From positions 27,552-91,551 of the forward strand of contig DAOSXE010000001.1 in assembly GCA_035380285.1 (NCBI GenBank): a stretch of 64,000 nt of DNA, given 5' to 3'. Under the pieces are notes generated by a model. The model ran no database searches, was not told where the DNA came from, and saw nothing but the letters and a program-made list of their open reading frames with translations. Made by a program: the position numbers and the translations under genes. Source of the DNA: a bacterium (GTDB lineage: Bacteria; Auribacterota; Erginobacteria; Erginobacterales; DAOSXE01). Every line of letters begins with the position of its first letter. Position 1 is the first letter of the stretch. Of this stretch, positions 10,517 through 19,905 are shown piece by piece.

Positions 10517-11649
10517 ACGGTAAGAACTACTACGCCGTCCTGGGCGTGGATAAAGGCGCCACCCCGGATCAGATCAAGAAGGCGTATCGTAAACTGGCCA
10601 AAAGCTGCCATCCCGACACCCACCCCGGCGACCCGGCCGCGGAGGAAAAGTTCAAGGAAGTTTCCGAAGCGTACGAGATTCTGGGGGACGAGAAAAAACG
10701 CCGCCAATACGATCAGATGCAGGCCGCTTTTTCTCAGGGTTTCAGGCCGGGGGGCTTCGATTTTTCCGGTTCGGGAGTGAATTTCGAGGACCTCTTCGGG
10801 GGTGCTTCCGAACGAGGAGGGACCGGGGGATACACCTACGCCGATCTGGGAGGGCTGGGGGGGCTCGGGGATATTTTCAGCCAGTTCATGGATCTCGGCG
10901 GCCATATCCGCCAGGAACGGGCTCATGTCCCCGAACGCGGCCACGACATCAGCGCCCAAGTGACCCTTCCCCTGGATAAGGCCCTCAAGGGAGGAAAAGT
11001 CAGACTCACGGTCAAAAGGAACGAGACCTGCCCCTCCTGTGGGGGCAGCGCCGCCGCCGCCGGGACCCGGCCCGAGGTCTGCCCCGAATGCGGGGGTAGA
11101 GGGAGAGTGGTCATCCCCCAGGGGAATATCGCGGTGGCGCGGCCGTGTCCCCGCTGTTACGGCCGGGGGGAGATAATCTCCAAACCGTGCCCGGAATGCT
11201 CCGGCACCGGATCCGTGCAGGCTACCCGGAAATTTTCGGTGAAGATCCCCGCCGGGGTCCGGGACCGCCAGATCATCAGGCTGCCCGGCCAGGGCGACCC
11301 CGGCGCGGCCGGCGGCCCCCCCGGAGATATCATCATTCATGTCCTGCTTCTGCCGGACAGCCGCTACCGCCGGACCGGGGACGACCTCCGCGCTTCGGTC
11401 AGTATCGATTTCCCCACGGCCGTCCTGGGAGGGAAGGTTCCGGTAACGACGCCCGCGGGCCCGGTACAGATGACCGTTCCCCCCGGAACCCAGCCGGGGA
11501 CCGTTCTCAGGCTCAAGGGGCGCGGGGCGCCGATCCCCGGCGGAAAGGGGCGGGGGGACCTTCTGGTCGCGGTCAACGTCACCGTTCCCAAACATCCCAC
11601 CCCCGAGCAGAAGGAGATGCTGGACAAGCTCAGGGTCCCGCCTTCCTGA
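10513..11649 (+). CDS. dnaJ: Molecular chaperone DnaJ (type I Hsp40)
   Basis: J-domain with HPD ([16 protein letters not shown]). G/F-rich linker. Four CxxCxGxG zinc-finger repeats. C-terminal substrate-binding domains. ATGA overlap with the kinase. Confidence 0.9.
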   Translation: MNGKNYYAVLGVDKGATPDQIKKAYRKLAKSCHPDTHPGDPAAEEKFKEVSEAYEILGDEKKRRQYDQMQAAFSQGFRPGGFDFSGSGVNFEDLFGGASERGGTGGYTYADLGGLGGLGDIFSQFMDLGGHIRQERAHVPERGHDISAQVTLPLDKALKGGKVRLTVKRNETCPSCGGSAAAAGTRPEVCPECGGRGRVVIPQGNIAVARPCPRCYGRGEIISKPCPECSGTGSVQATRKFSVKIPAGVRDRQIIRLPGQGDPGAAGGPPGDIIIHVLLLPDSRYRRTGDDLRASVSIDFPTAVLGGKVPVTTPAGPVQMTVPPGTQPGTVLRLKGRGAPIPGGKGRGDLLVAVNVTVPKHPTPEQKEMLDKLRVPPS

Positions 11650-11733
11650 GGGCGGCCCTACCGAATATTTCCGGAGTTTCGGGGCCGTTCCGGCGCTCCG
11701 GATATTCCCTCCTCCGCATGCCGCAGTTGCGGT

Positions 11734-11762
11734 TTGACAGCACCTACCCTCTTTGCTAGTAT
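11734..11762 (+). promoter_or_regulatory. Sigma70-type promoter of ileS (TTGACA-17 nt-TAGTAT)
   Basis: TTGACAgcacctaccctctttgcTAGTAT about 25 nt upstream of the ileS ATG. Short leader only; no room for a T-box. Confidence 0.55.
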
Positions 11763-11787
11763 CCCCGCTTCCGGTGGGAACCTAGTC

Positions 11788-14586
11788 ATGGCCAAGACCG
11801 ATTACAAACAGTCGCTGAACCTTCCCCGGACCGCTTTCGGCATGCGCGCCAACCTCTCCGAAAAGGAACCGGCATACCTGGAGCGCTGGGAAAAAGCGGA
11901 TCTGTACGGGAAGATCCGCCGCGCCCGCGCCGGCGCTCCCCGTTATGTCCTTCACGACGGCCCCCCGTATCCCACCGGCAACCTGCATATCGGAACCGGG
12001 ATGAACAAGATCCTCAAAGACGTCATCGTCCGTTTCCGGACCATGAGCGGGTTCGACTGCCCGTTTATTCCCGGATGGGACTGTCACGGACTTCCCATCG
12101 AGCACAAGGTGATGACCGGCCTCGGGCCCAAGGCGGCGCGGATGTCGGCCGGCGAGATCCGGGAGCGATGCCTCGCCTTCGCCCTCGATTTCGTCGACAC
12201 CAACCGCCGCCAGTTCAAGCGGTTGGGCTGCCTGGGGCGGTGGGACGAACCTTATTTGACCATAAATCCCGGCTACGAGGCCGGGGTTATCGAGGTGTTC
12301 GCCAAGTTGGTGGAAAACGGGTACGTGTACCGCCAGCTCAAGCCCATCCACTGGTGCCCGTCCTGCCGGACCGCGCTGGCCGAAGCCGAGTTGGAATACC
12401 GCGACCGGGACGACGTCTCCATCCACGTCGGGTTCGAGCTGGAAGCCGCGTCAGTGCAGAATCTTCGAGAGTCGGGAGGGGAATTGAAATCGCTGGCGGG
12501 AGCGGTCGTGCTGATCTGGACCACCACCCCCTGGACCCTCCCCGCCAACCGGGCGGTAGCGGTCAACCCCGGATTCAACTACGTCTTGGCGGTTCCCGGG
12601 AACTCGGAATCCGAGGACGCGCGGCCGGCGATCGTGGCCCTCGAAACCCTGGAAAGGACGGCTGCGGCGCTGGGGTGGAAGCAATATCGGGTAGTGGGCC
12701 GGATTCCCGGGGAGAAACTGACGGAACTCGCGTATCGGCATCCTTTTTCGGAGACCGCTTGTCCGATCGTGCCGGCCGGATACGTAACCTCGGACGAAGG
12801 CACCGGATGCGTGCATACCGCTCCCGGCCACGGTACCGACGATTACCTGACCGGGGTCCGTTTCGGGTTGGAAGTGGCCAGTCCCGTCGATGAAGAGGGG
12901 CGGTTCACCGCCGACGCCGGCGGTTTTCTGGAAGGGAAGGAAGTTTTTCAGGCCAACGCCGCGATCGTGGAAAAGCTGTCCGAACTTGGGGCCCTGTGGG
13001 GGACGGGAAGGATCGCGCACTCCTATCCTCATTGCTGGAGGTGCCATCGACCCGTGATTTTCCGGGCGACCCGGCAGTGGTTCGTTTCCCTGGAACACCG
13101 GGAATTACGGAATGCGGCCCTGGCCGAAGTCGATCGAGTGAATTGGGTGCCCGAATGGGGGATCAACCGCATCCGGGGCATGATCGAACAGAGGCCCGAC
13201 TGGTGTATTTCCCGTCAACGCAACTGGGGGATTCCGATACCCGCGTTTTACTGCGAAAACTGCGGGCTGGAACTGCTGGATCCCGGCGTCGTCAGGAAGG
13301 TCGCGGCCATGTTCGAACGGGAGGGAGCGGACTCCTGGTTCCGGAAACCGGCTTCGGAGATAGTGGGCGCCGCCGCGGTCTGTTCCCGGTGCGGCGGGAA
13401 GAATTTCCGCAAGGAAAACGATATTTTCGACGTCTGGTTCGAATCGGGCTCGTCCCACCGCTCGGTCCTCATGCGCGAAGCCGGTCTCTCCTTTCCCGCG
13501 GACCTGTATCTGGAGGGAAGCGACCAGCACCGGGGCTGGTTTCAGCTCTCCCTGCTTCTCTCCACCGCCGCCGAGGGGAAGGCGCCGTTCAAGGCCGTGC
13601 TTACCCACGGGTTCGTCGTCGACGAGAACGGGGAAAAAATGTCGAAATCGCGGGGTAACTTCATCTCCGTGGACGGGGCGATAGAAAAGTACCCGGCCGA
13701 CATTCTCCGTCTCTGGTTTTCGTCGGTCGATTACCGCAAGGACATCAATGTTTCCCTGGATCTGATCGGGAAAACCGAGGACGCTTACCGGAAAATCCGC
13801 AACACCTTCCGCCACGCCCTGGGAAACATTGCCGGGTTCGATCCCCGCCGCGACCTTCTGGCCCGCGAGCGGATGGAAGAAGTGGACCGCTGGATCATGC
13901 TCGAGGCGGCCAAACTTCGCGACCGGGTGACCGAGGCCTATTCCGCCTTCGAATTTCACCGCGTCTATCGCGATATTCATAATTTCTGCGTCGTGCAGAT
14001 GTCGTCCATCTACCTTGATGTTCTCAAGGACACCCTCTATACTTTTCCCGCCGATTCCCGGCCGCGGCGTTCCTGCCAGAGCGCTCTTTGGAGGGTGACG
14101 GACCTGCTGGCCCGGTTGCTGGCGCCCGTTCTTTGTTTTACCGCCGAAGAGGTTTGGGAAACGCTGCATGCCGACTCCGCCGTCCTCGAGAGCGTCCATC
14201 TGGCTCCGTGGCCCGGGACCATGGAGGAATGGAAGGACCCGGAACTGGAGCAGACGTGGGAGCGCCTTCTCCGGGTCCGGGAAGAGGTGCTCAAGGCACT
14301 GGAAGGGGAGCGGGCGGCGGGAAAGATAGGAAACTCCCTCGATGCCCGGGTAAGCATCGGTGCCGAGGGGGATGAGGAAGAATGGCTGAGGCCGTATCTG
14401 AGCATTCTTCCCCAACTTTGCATAGTGTCGGAAGCGGAGCTGGTTGCTCCCGGCGAAACACGGGTGGGTATTTCCCCGGCGCGGGGGCGCAAGTGCGTCC
14501 GCTGTTGGAAATATTCGGAAACGGTGGGCGTCGATCCCGGTCATCCGCTCATCTGCGCGCAGTGCGTCGAACACATTTCCGTTTGA
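11788..14586 (+). CDS. ileS: Isoleucine--tRNA ligase (class I, type 1 with C-terminal zinc-binding domain)
   Basis: 932 aa. HIGH-region PYPTGNLHIGTG. KMSKS motif GEKMSKSRGNF. Editing (CP1) domain. C-terminal CxxC...CxxC (KCVRCWKY ... ICAQCV). Confidence 0.95.
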   Translation: MAKTDYKQSLNLPRTAFGMRANLSEKEPAYLERWEKADLYGKIRRARAGAPRYVLHDGPPYPTGNLHIGTGMNKILKDVIVRFRTMSGFDCPFIPGWDCHGLPIEHKVMTGLGPKAARMSAGEIRERCLAFALDFVDTNRRQFKRLGCLGRWDEPYLTINPGYEAGVIEVFAKLVENGYVYRQLKPIHWCPSCRTALAEAELEYRDRDDVSIHVGFELEAASVQNLRESGGELKSLAGAVVLIWTTTPWTLPANRAVAVNPGFNYVLAVPGNSESEDARPAIVALETLERTAAALGWKQYRVVGRIPGEKLTELAYRHPFSETACPIVPAGYVTSDEGTGCVHTAPGHGTDDYLTGVRFGLEVASPVDEEGRFTADAGGFLEGKEVFQANAAIVEKLSELGALWGTGRIAHSYPHCWRCHRPVIFRATRQWFVSLEHRELRNAALAEVDRVNWVPEWGINRIRGMIEQRPDWCISRQRNWGIPIPAFYCENCGLELLDPGVVRKVAAMFEREGADSWFRKPASEIVGAAAVCSRCGGKNFRKENDIFDVWFESGSSHRSVLMREAGLSFPADLYLEGSDQHRGWFQLSLLLSTAAEGKAPFKAVLTHGFVVDENGEKMSKSRGNFISVDGAIEKYPADILRLWFSSVDYRKDINVSLDLIGKTEDAYRKIRNTFRHALGNIAGFDPRRDLLARERMEEVDRWIMLEAAKLRDRVTEAYSAFEFHRVYRDIHNFCVVQMSSIYLDVLKDTLYTFPADSRPRRSCQSALWRVTDLLARLLAPVLCFTAEEVWETLHADSAVLESVHLAPWPGTMEEWKDPELEQTWERLLRVREEVLKALEGERAAGKIGNSLDARVSIGAEGDEEEWLRPYLSILPQLCIVSEAELVAPGETRVGISPARGRKCVRCWKYSETVGVDPGHPLICAQCVEHISV

Positions 14587-14618
14587 ATGAAGAACGTCCT
14601 TACGGCAAGGGGGTGGAA

Positions 14619-15005
14619 GTGAAGAACAACCAACTGAAAAAGGAACAGATGGAGCAATACCGGGAGAAACTGCTCGAGCTCCGTCACCGTCTCACCGGCG
14701 ATCTCAGCCGGCTCCAGGATTCGTCCTCGAACCGCCAGGCCTGGGAAGAAGTCGGCGGCCGCAGCTCCGATGAGGCCGACAAAGCCGACGCCGATTATTC
14801 CCGGAGTTTCAATTTCAACATGGTTTCCAACAAGCAGGAGATGCTCTGGGAAATCGATGGGGCGCTGGATCGGATCGAAGAGGGAAGCTACGGCGAATGC
14901 GAATCCTGCGGGGTGCGGATACCGCTGAAGCGCCTGAACGCCAAACCGTTCGCCCGTTACTGCATCAAATGCGCCGAAAAGCTTGAAGAAGAAGGCCTGC
15001 GCTGA
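14619..15005 (+). CDS. DksA/TraR-family C4-type zinc-finger protein
   Basis: Coiled-coil N-terminus and C-terminal CESCGVRIPLKRLNAKPFARYCIKCAE. GTG start with GGGGG upstream. Alternative ATG at 14652 (AAGGAA RBS) is equally plausible. Confidence 0.7.
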   Translation: MKNNQLKKEQMEQYREKLLELRHRLTGDLSRLQDSSSNRQAWEEVGGRSSDEADKADADYSRSFNFNMVSNKQEMLWEIDGALDRIEEGSYGECESCGVRIPLKRLNAKPFARYCIKCAEKLEEEGLR

Positions 15006-15512
15006 ATGGCGGGACTGATCGCTTTCGTCTGCGTGTTCTGCCTGGATCAGGTCTGTAAATGGTTGGCCGTGGCCAACCTGGCTCCGGGGCGTCCACTGAG
15101 CGTCGTTCCGGGTTTTTTTAACCTGACGCTGGTCTATAACCGGGGAGGGGCATTCGGGCTTTTTCCCGGGAAGGCCGGAGTCTTCATCGTGCTCTCCCTG
15201 GTCATTATCGGCGTTCTGCTCGTCTGCTATCGCAGGATATTCGCCCGGGGGCGGATGTTCCAGGTCTGCGCCGGGCTGATTCTGGGAGGAGCGGTGGGAA
15301 ACCTGCTGGACCGCTTTCACCACGCCCACGTGATCGACTTTCTCGATTTCTACCTCGGGAAAAGGCACTGGCCCGCCTTCAATATCGCGGACTCCGCCAT
15401 CTGCGTCGGCGTCGGCCTGCTGATCGTACTGTCCATGGCCGGGAAGGACCGGGTGCGCCGTCCGCAGTCGGCCCCGGGGGCCCCCGCCGGGGAAGGAAAC
15501 GGGAACGGCTGA
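15006..15512 (+). CDS. lspA: Lipoprotein signal peptidase (signal peptidase II)
   Basis: Four TM segments. Conserved NRGGAFG and VIDFLDF ... WPAFNIADSAI motifs. Classic ileS-lspA linkage. Confidence 0.9.
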   Translation: MAGLIAFVCVFCLDQVCKWLAVANLAPGRPLSVVPGFFNLTLVYNRGGAFGLFPGKAGVFIVLSLVIIGVLLVCYRRIFARGRMFQVCAGLILGGAVGNLLDRFHHAHVIDFLDFYLGKRHWPAFNIADSAICVGVGLLIVLSMAGKDRVRRPQSAPGAPAGEGNGNG

Positions 15513-15513
15513 C

Positions 15514-16365
15514 ATGTGCCCGACGCTTTTCCATCTCGGTCCGCTTCCCATACATTCCTACGGCGTGCTTCTGGGCGCCGCCTTCGTTATCGGGGTTTTC
15601 CTGGCCATGCGCCGGGCTCCGGGGATGGGGGTGCAGCCGCAGGTGATATCGGACCTGGCGTTGTATATCCTCCTGGGGATCGTCGTGGGCGCCCGGCTGC
15701 TGCATGTGCTGTCCGACTGGGAATATTACCGGATGCACCCCTTCAGCGCGGTCAAGGTCTGGGAAGGGGGTTTGGCTTTTCATGGGGGCCTGATCGGAGC
15801 GGTGGCGATTTCGATCTGGTACCTGCGCCGCCGGGGGATTTCTCCGTGGCGGGTGGGAGACGTCATCGTTCCCTCGGTCGCCCTGGGTCACGCCATCGGT
15901 CGGCTGGGGTGTTTTCTCAACGGTTGCTGCTACGGGCCCGTCTCCGGGCTTTCCTGGGCGGTCCGTTTCCCCGGGGGCAGCCTGGCTTCGCAACAGCACT
16001 ACGCCGAGGGCCTCCTGGAGAGCCCGGGGAGCGCCTCCCTGCCGGTTCTGCCCACCCAGCTGATTTCGGCGGCGGTCCTGGTCGCGATTTTCCTTATCCT
16101 CCTGCGCCTCACCCGGGCGGCCACCTTTCCCGGGGAAGTGTTCTGGTCCTACGGCATCCTCTATGGCGTCGCCCGTTTTCTGCTGGAACTGATACGGGGA
16201 GACACTCCCCCCGTCCTCGGGCCGTTTTCGCTCTATCAGGTGATCAGCGCCGGCATCTTTTTGTTCTCCGCGGTCATGCTCGCCGTCCTCCGAGCCCGGG
16301 GCCGGGAAGATCCTCCCCGGCGGATATACAGCCGGCCCTCTTCCGGCCATGCCCGAAAAGTTTGA
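15514..16365 (+). CDS. lgt: Prolipoprotein diacylglyceryl transferase
   Basis: Lgt signature GRLGCFLNGCCYG and multi-pass membrane topology. Starts 1 nt after lspA stop. Confidence 0.9.
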   Translation: MCPTLFHLGPLPIHSYGVLLGAAFVIGVFLAMRRAPGMGVQPQVISDLALYILLGIVVGARLLHVLSDWEYYRMHPFSAVKVWEGGLAFHGGLIGAVAISIWYLRRRGISPWRVGDVIVPSVALGHAIGRLGCFLNGCCYGPVSGLSWAVRFPGGSLASQQHYAEGLLESPGSASLPVLPTQLISAAVLVAIFLILLRLTRAATFPGEVFWSYGILYGVARFLLELIRGDTPPVLGPFSLYQVISAGIFLFSAVMLAVLRARGREDPPRRIYSRPSSGHARKV

Positions 16366-17290
16366 ATTCAGGGTCGCGGGCCCCGAGACGGAAACCCGCC
16401 TCGACGTCTTTGTCGGGCGCCGGGTGCCCGATCTTTCCCGGTCGCGGGGGAAACGGCTGATCGCGGCCTCGCTGGTGACGGTCGACGGGGCCCCCCGTCC
16501 CCCCGATTACCCGGTCAAAGAGAACGAGCTGATCGCGGTCGAAGTCCCCGATCCGGCGCCGGAATACCCGCAACCGGAAAAGATCGACCTCGACGTCATC
16601 TTCGAAGACTCCGAGATAGCGGTCGTCAACAAACCGGCCGGCCTCGCCGTCCATCCCGCGCGGGCGGGGCAGGGGGGGACGTTGGTGAACGCTCTCGTCC
16701 AGCGCTATCCCGATCTCCCCTGCGGGGGCGGAGAAGATCGACCCGGCGTGGTTCACCGCCTGGACCGGGACACTTCCGGCGTCATGATCGTGGCCAAAAC
16801 CGAAGCCAGCCGCCGGATACTTTCCGACCAGTTCCGGGGGCGCCGCGTCGCCAAGGAATATCGAGTCCTGGCGGCCGGGCATCCCGGGCTTCCGGAGGGG
16901 GAGATCTCCCTGCCTCTGGGGCCGCACCCGCGCCGCCACAATCGGCGCGTCGTCCGGAATGAGGGCGGGAAACCGGCGTTGACCCGCTACCGGGTCCTGG
17001 AGGAGTTCCGGGAAGCGTCGTATCTTTCGGTCCGGATTGAGACGGGAAGGACCCACCAGATCCGGGTGCACCTCGCCCACCTGGGCTGCCCCGTCCTGGG
17101 CGACGACGAATACGGTCGGTCCGCCGGCCGCCTGGCCCGCTCGGCGGGGGTCTCCCGGCAGATGCTGCACGCCCTGCGCCTGGAAATCGACCATCCCCTG
17201 AGTTCCCGGAGAATGTCCTTCGAGGTCCCGATCCCGTCGGATATGGCCGGGGTTCTGGAGTATTTCCGCGGGAGGGAAGCGGCGGACTGA
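16349..17290 (+). CDS. rluD: RluA-family (RluD-like) 23S rRNA pseudouridine synthase
   Basis: S4-like N-terminus. Catalytic HRLDRDTSGVMIVAKT. C-terminal HQIRVHLAHLG. Confidence 0.85.
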   Translation: MPEKFEFRVAGPETETRLDVFVGRRVPDLSRSRGKRLIAASLVTVDGAPRPPDYPVKENELIAVEVPDPAPEYPQPEKIDLDVIFEDSEIAVVNKPAGLAVHPARAGQGGTLVNALVQRYPDLPCGGGEDRPGVVHRLDRDTSGVMIVAKTEASRRILSDQFRGRRVAKEYRVLAAGHPGLPEGEISLPLGPHPRRHNRRVVRNEGGKPALTRYRVLEEFREASYLSVRIETGRTHQIRVHLAHLGCPVLGDDEYGRSAGRLARSAGVSRQMLHALRLEIDHPLSSRRMSFEVPIPSDMAGVLEYFRGREAAD

Positions 17291-17336
17291 CGCCGGGGCG
17301 TTTCCCGGCCGGGACGCGACGGGAGGGGAGGGAGGG

Positions 17337-17909
17337 TCAGGCGTTATCCCCGACCGCGGCGCCGGCCCGGTCGAGAATGCTCTCCAGCGGAGCCAGGCGC
17401 CCCGGGCCCTCGCTCCCGCAGGCCAGCCGGCCCTCCCCGGGCCCGACGATCAGAAACCCGCGCCGTCCCAGCCTTTCCAGGTTTTCCTGGACCACGGGGT
17501 TGAGGAACATCGCCTCGTTCATGGCGGGCGCGATCACGATCGGAGCGCGCGTGACCAGCAGGAGGCAGAGCAGCGCGTTGTCGGCCAGCCCGGCGGCCGC
17601 CCGCCCGATGAAATCCGCCGAGGCCGGCGCCACGATCACGATGTCGGCTTCCGTGCCCAGAGAAATATGCGCGGGCACGGGGTCGGCGGATTCTTCGAAA
17701 AGATCCGCGACCACGGCGTTTCCGGAGATGGCTTCAAAGGAAAGGGGGGTGACGAACTCGAGGGCATCGGGGGTCATGACCACGCTGACCTCGGCGGAAA
17801 GCCGGCGGAGGCGGCTGGTCAGATCCACCGCCTTGTACGCGGCGATGGAGGACGTGACCCCCAGGACCACGCGTTTGCCCCCGAGCGGATGAGCGGGCCG
17901 CTCAGACAT
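17337..17909 (-). CDS. coaC: Phosphopantothenoylcysteine decarboxylase (flavoprotein, CoaC domain only)
   Basis: 190 aa. Flavoprotein motifs GVTSSIAAYKA and PAMN. No CoaB domain attached. Overlaps rpoZ stop. Confidence 0.8.
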   Translation of the reverse strand: MSERPAHPLGGKRVVLGVTSSIAAYKAVDLTSRLRRLSAEVSVVMTPDALEFVTPLSFEAISGNAVVADLFEESADPVPAHISLGTEADIVIVAPASADFIGRAAAGLADNALLCLLLVTRAPIVIAPAMNEAMFLNPVVQENLERLGRRGFLIVGPGEGRLACGSEGPGRLAPLESILDRAGAAVGDNA

Positions 17910-18120
17910 CGAGTTCCCCTTCGGGGATGAGGACGACCTTGTCTTCGGCGATTTCTTCCAGGGCGACCAGGGGCGGTTTTTCGTTCTTGGAAACCGGGAT
18001 TGTCGGCCGGCTGGGGGTCTGAGGGTCGGAGAGCTGCGCCGCCCGCTGGGCGGCCATCAGCACCAGCTGATAGGGGCTGTGGACTTTTTCGATGAACTTT
18101 TCCGAAGTCAATTGCTTCAT
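17902..18120 (-). CDS. rpoZ: DNA-directed RNA polymerase subunit omega
   Basis: About 72 aa. KFEKV ... YQLVLMAAQRAAQL omega signature. GAGGAGAAG RBS before ATG. gmk-rpoZ order conserved. Confidence 0.85.
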   Translation of the reverse strand: MKQLTSEKFIEKVHSPYQLVLMAAQRAAQLSDPQTPSRPTIPVSKNEKPPLVALEEIAEDKVVLIPEGELDV

Positions 18121-18136
18121 GATCTTCTCCTCTCGG

Positions 18137-18739
18137 TTATCCCTCGGCGATGGCATCCACGATTCCGGGGTGCCGGTCGACCCGGCAACGCTCGCCGCGG
18201 ATAATCGCCTTCATGTCCTCGATCGCGGTTTGAAGGTCGTCGTTGACGATGCAGAAGTCGTATTCCGGCAGGAAATCGAGTTCCCGGCGCGCCTGCTCCG
18301 AGCGCTTCCGAATGACCTCGGGGCTGTCGGTTCCTCTTCCCTCCAGGCGTTTCCTCAGTTCGCGCAGCGAGGGGGGAAGGATATAGATATACGTGGCCGG
18401 GTAGCCCATGTTCTTGACGGAAAGGGCGCCCTGGACGTCGATATCGAGAATGATGTCGTTCCCCTCCGCCAGCTCTTTCTCGATGTATTCCTTGGGGGTG
18501 CCGTAGTAGTTCCCGTAGACTTCGGCGTGCTCCAGAAGTTCGCCGCGGTCCCGGCGTTTCTCGAACTCTTCCCGGGAGATGAAAAAGTAATCCCGGCCGT
18601 CGATTTCCCCGCGGCGCGGCTCGCGGGTGGTGGCGGAAACCGAGTACTTCAGCCGCTCCTCCAGCTCGAGAACCGCGTCGCAGATGGTGGTTTTCCCGGC
18701 GCCGGAAGGAGCCGTCACGATATATAATTCTCCCTTCAC
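18137..18739 (-). CDS. gmk: Guanylate kinase
   Basis: P-loop APSGAGKTT, then SATTREPRRGEIDGRDYFF and LDIDVQG motifs. 200 aa. Confidence 0.95.
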   Translation of the reverse strand: MKGELYIVTAPSGAGKTTICDAVLELEERLKYSVSATTREPRRGEIDGRDYFFISREEFEKRRDRGELLEHAEVYGNYYGTPKEYIEKELAEGNDIILDIDVQGALSVKNMGYPATYIYILPPSLRELRKRLEGRGTDSPEVIRKRSEQARRELDFLPEYDFCIVNDDLQTAIEDMKAIIRGERCRVDRHPGIVDAIAEG

Positions 18740-18896
18740 TGCTCGCCTTCTCCCTGTGGCTGTTTGGCGGTGTCCATCGTGGGATAATATGCCTCGGGAC
18801 GGACTCTGGCAAGCTTAACCGGCCCGGAGAGCCGTTGTTTCCCGTTGACTGATCGCATCGGGGATACGACCATCGGCCAGACATGGAGGGCGCATT

Positions 18897-19895
18897 ATGA
18901 CGCAACCGTTGTATCCGCTGGTCTTCGATCCGATATTCAAGGAGAAACCCTGGGGAGGGTATCGCCTGGCGAGCCGCTACCACAAGCCGTTCCCTCCCCA
19001 CCTGAAGATCGGAGAATCCTGGGAGATCGCGGACCGGGGGACCGACTCCACCGCCGTCTCCGACGGATTCTACCGGGGGAAGACCCTCCACGACCTCATC
19101 GCGGTTCTGGAATACCGGCTGTTGGGGGACCGAATCTGGGCCCGAGGCTGCCGCCGCTTCCCCCTCCTCTTCAAGATGCTCGACGTCGAAGCCCTCCTCT
19201 CCGTTCAGGTCCACCCCGGCGACGGGCACGCGCGCGATCATGCCGGCGACGGGGGCAAAACGGAGATGTGGCATATCCTCCAGGCCGACGCCGGCGCTTC
19301 CGTCATCTGCGGCCTGCAGGAAGGCGTCGGCGCCCGGAAATTCCGCCGCTACCTCGACGGCGGCCAGGTGGAGAAGATTCTGCGCTATTTCCCGGCGCGC
19401 GCCGGGGAGAGTTTTTTCATCCCCTCCGGGAGGGTCCATACCGTCGGGCCTTCCTGCGTGATCGTCGAAGTGCAGCAGAACTCCGATATCACCTACCGGG
19501 TGTACGATTGGGGAAGGCTGGGGGTCGACGGCCGCCCCCGGCGGCTTCACGTGGAGGAGGCCTGTTCGGTCATCGACTTCGCCGACGCCGAGGCGCCGGT
19601 GCTGGACCCGGTCTGGGAGCGGAAGGGGGACGTCAAGGAAAGCATCCTGGTGGCGTGCCCCGAATTCACGGTCGAACGGTTCGACCTGGAAGGAGACTAT
19701 GCGGACGAATGCCGGGGGCGCCATTTTCAGGTCCTGACCGGAATCGAAGGGGAAGCGGACCTGGAGGCCGACTGCGCTCCCGGGTTGTCCCGAAAGCTGG
19801 AGCCGGGGAGCTTTCTCCTGCTGCCCGCCTACTTGGGCGCATACCGGATCCGGCCGGCGGGAAAATTCTCCTTTTTGAAGAGCTACGTAACCTGA
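18897..19895 (+). CDS. manA: Class I mannose-6-phosphate isomerase (cupin, ManA-like)
   Basis: PMI motifs LLFKMLDVEALLSVQVHP, KTEMWHIL, SFFIPSGRVHTVGP and QNSDITYRVYDWGR. Confidence 0.85.
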   Translation: MTQPLYPLVFDPIFKEKPWGGYRLASRYHKPFPPHLKIGESWEIADRGTDSTAVSDGFYRGKTLHDLIAVLEYRLLGDRIWARGCRRFPLLFKMLDVEALLSVQVHPGDGHARDHAGDGGKTEMWHILQADAGASVICGLQEGVGARKFRRYLDGGQVEKILRYFPARAGESFFIPSGRVHTVGPSCVIVEVQQNSDITYRVYDWGRLGVDGRPRRLHVEEACSVIDFADAEAPVLDPVWERKGDVKESILVACPEFTVERFDLEGDYADECRGRHFQVLTGIEGEADLEADCAPGLSRKLEPGSFLLLPAYLGAYRIRPAGKFSFLKSYVT

Positions 19896-19905
19896 AGGAG
19901 CGAGT

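Noticed and set aside
11650-11787. T-box leader upstream of ileS
   Set aside because: Only about 25 nt separate the predicted transcription start from the ATG; no specifier/antiterminator structure is possible.
13105-14574. 489-aa minus-strand ORF inside ileS
   Set aside because: Antisense artefact; ileS motifs (HIGH, KMSKS, zinc finger) are on the plus strand.
14587-14622. 12-codon ATG ORF (MKNVLTARGWK) immediately after ileS stop
   Set aside because: Too short, and it overlaps the better-supported GTG/ATG start region of the DksA-like gene. Could at most be a leader peptide, with no supporting evidence.
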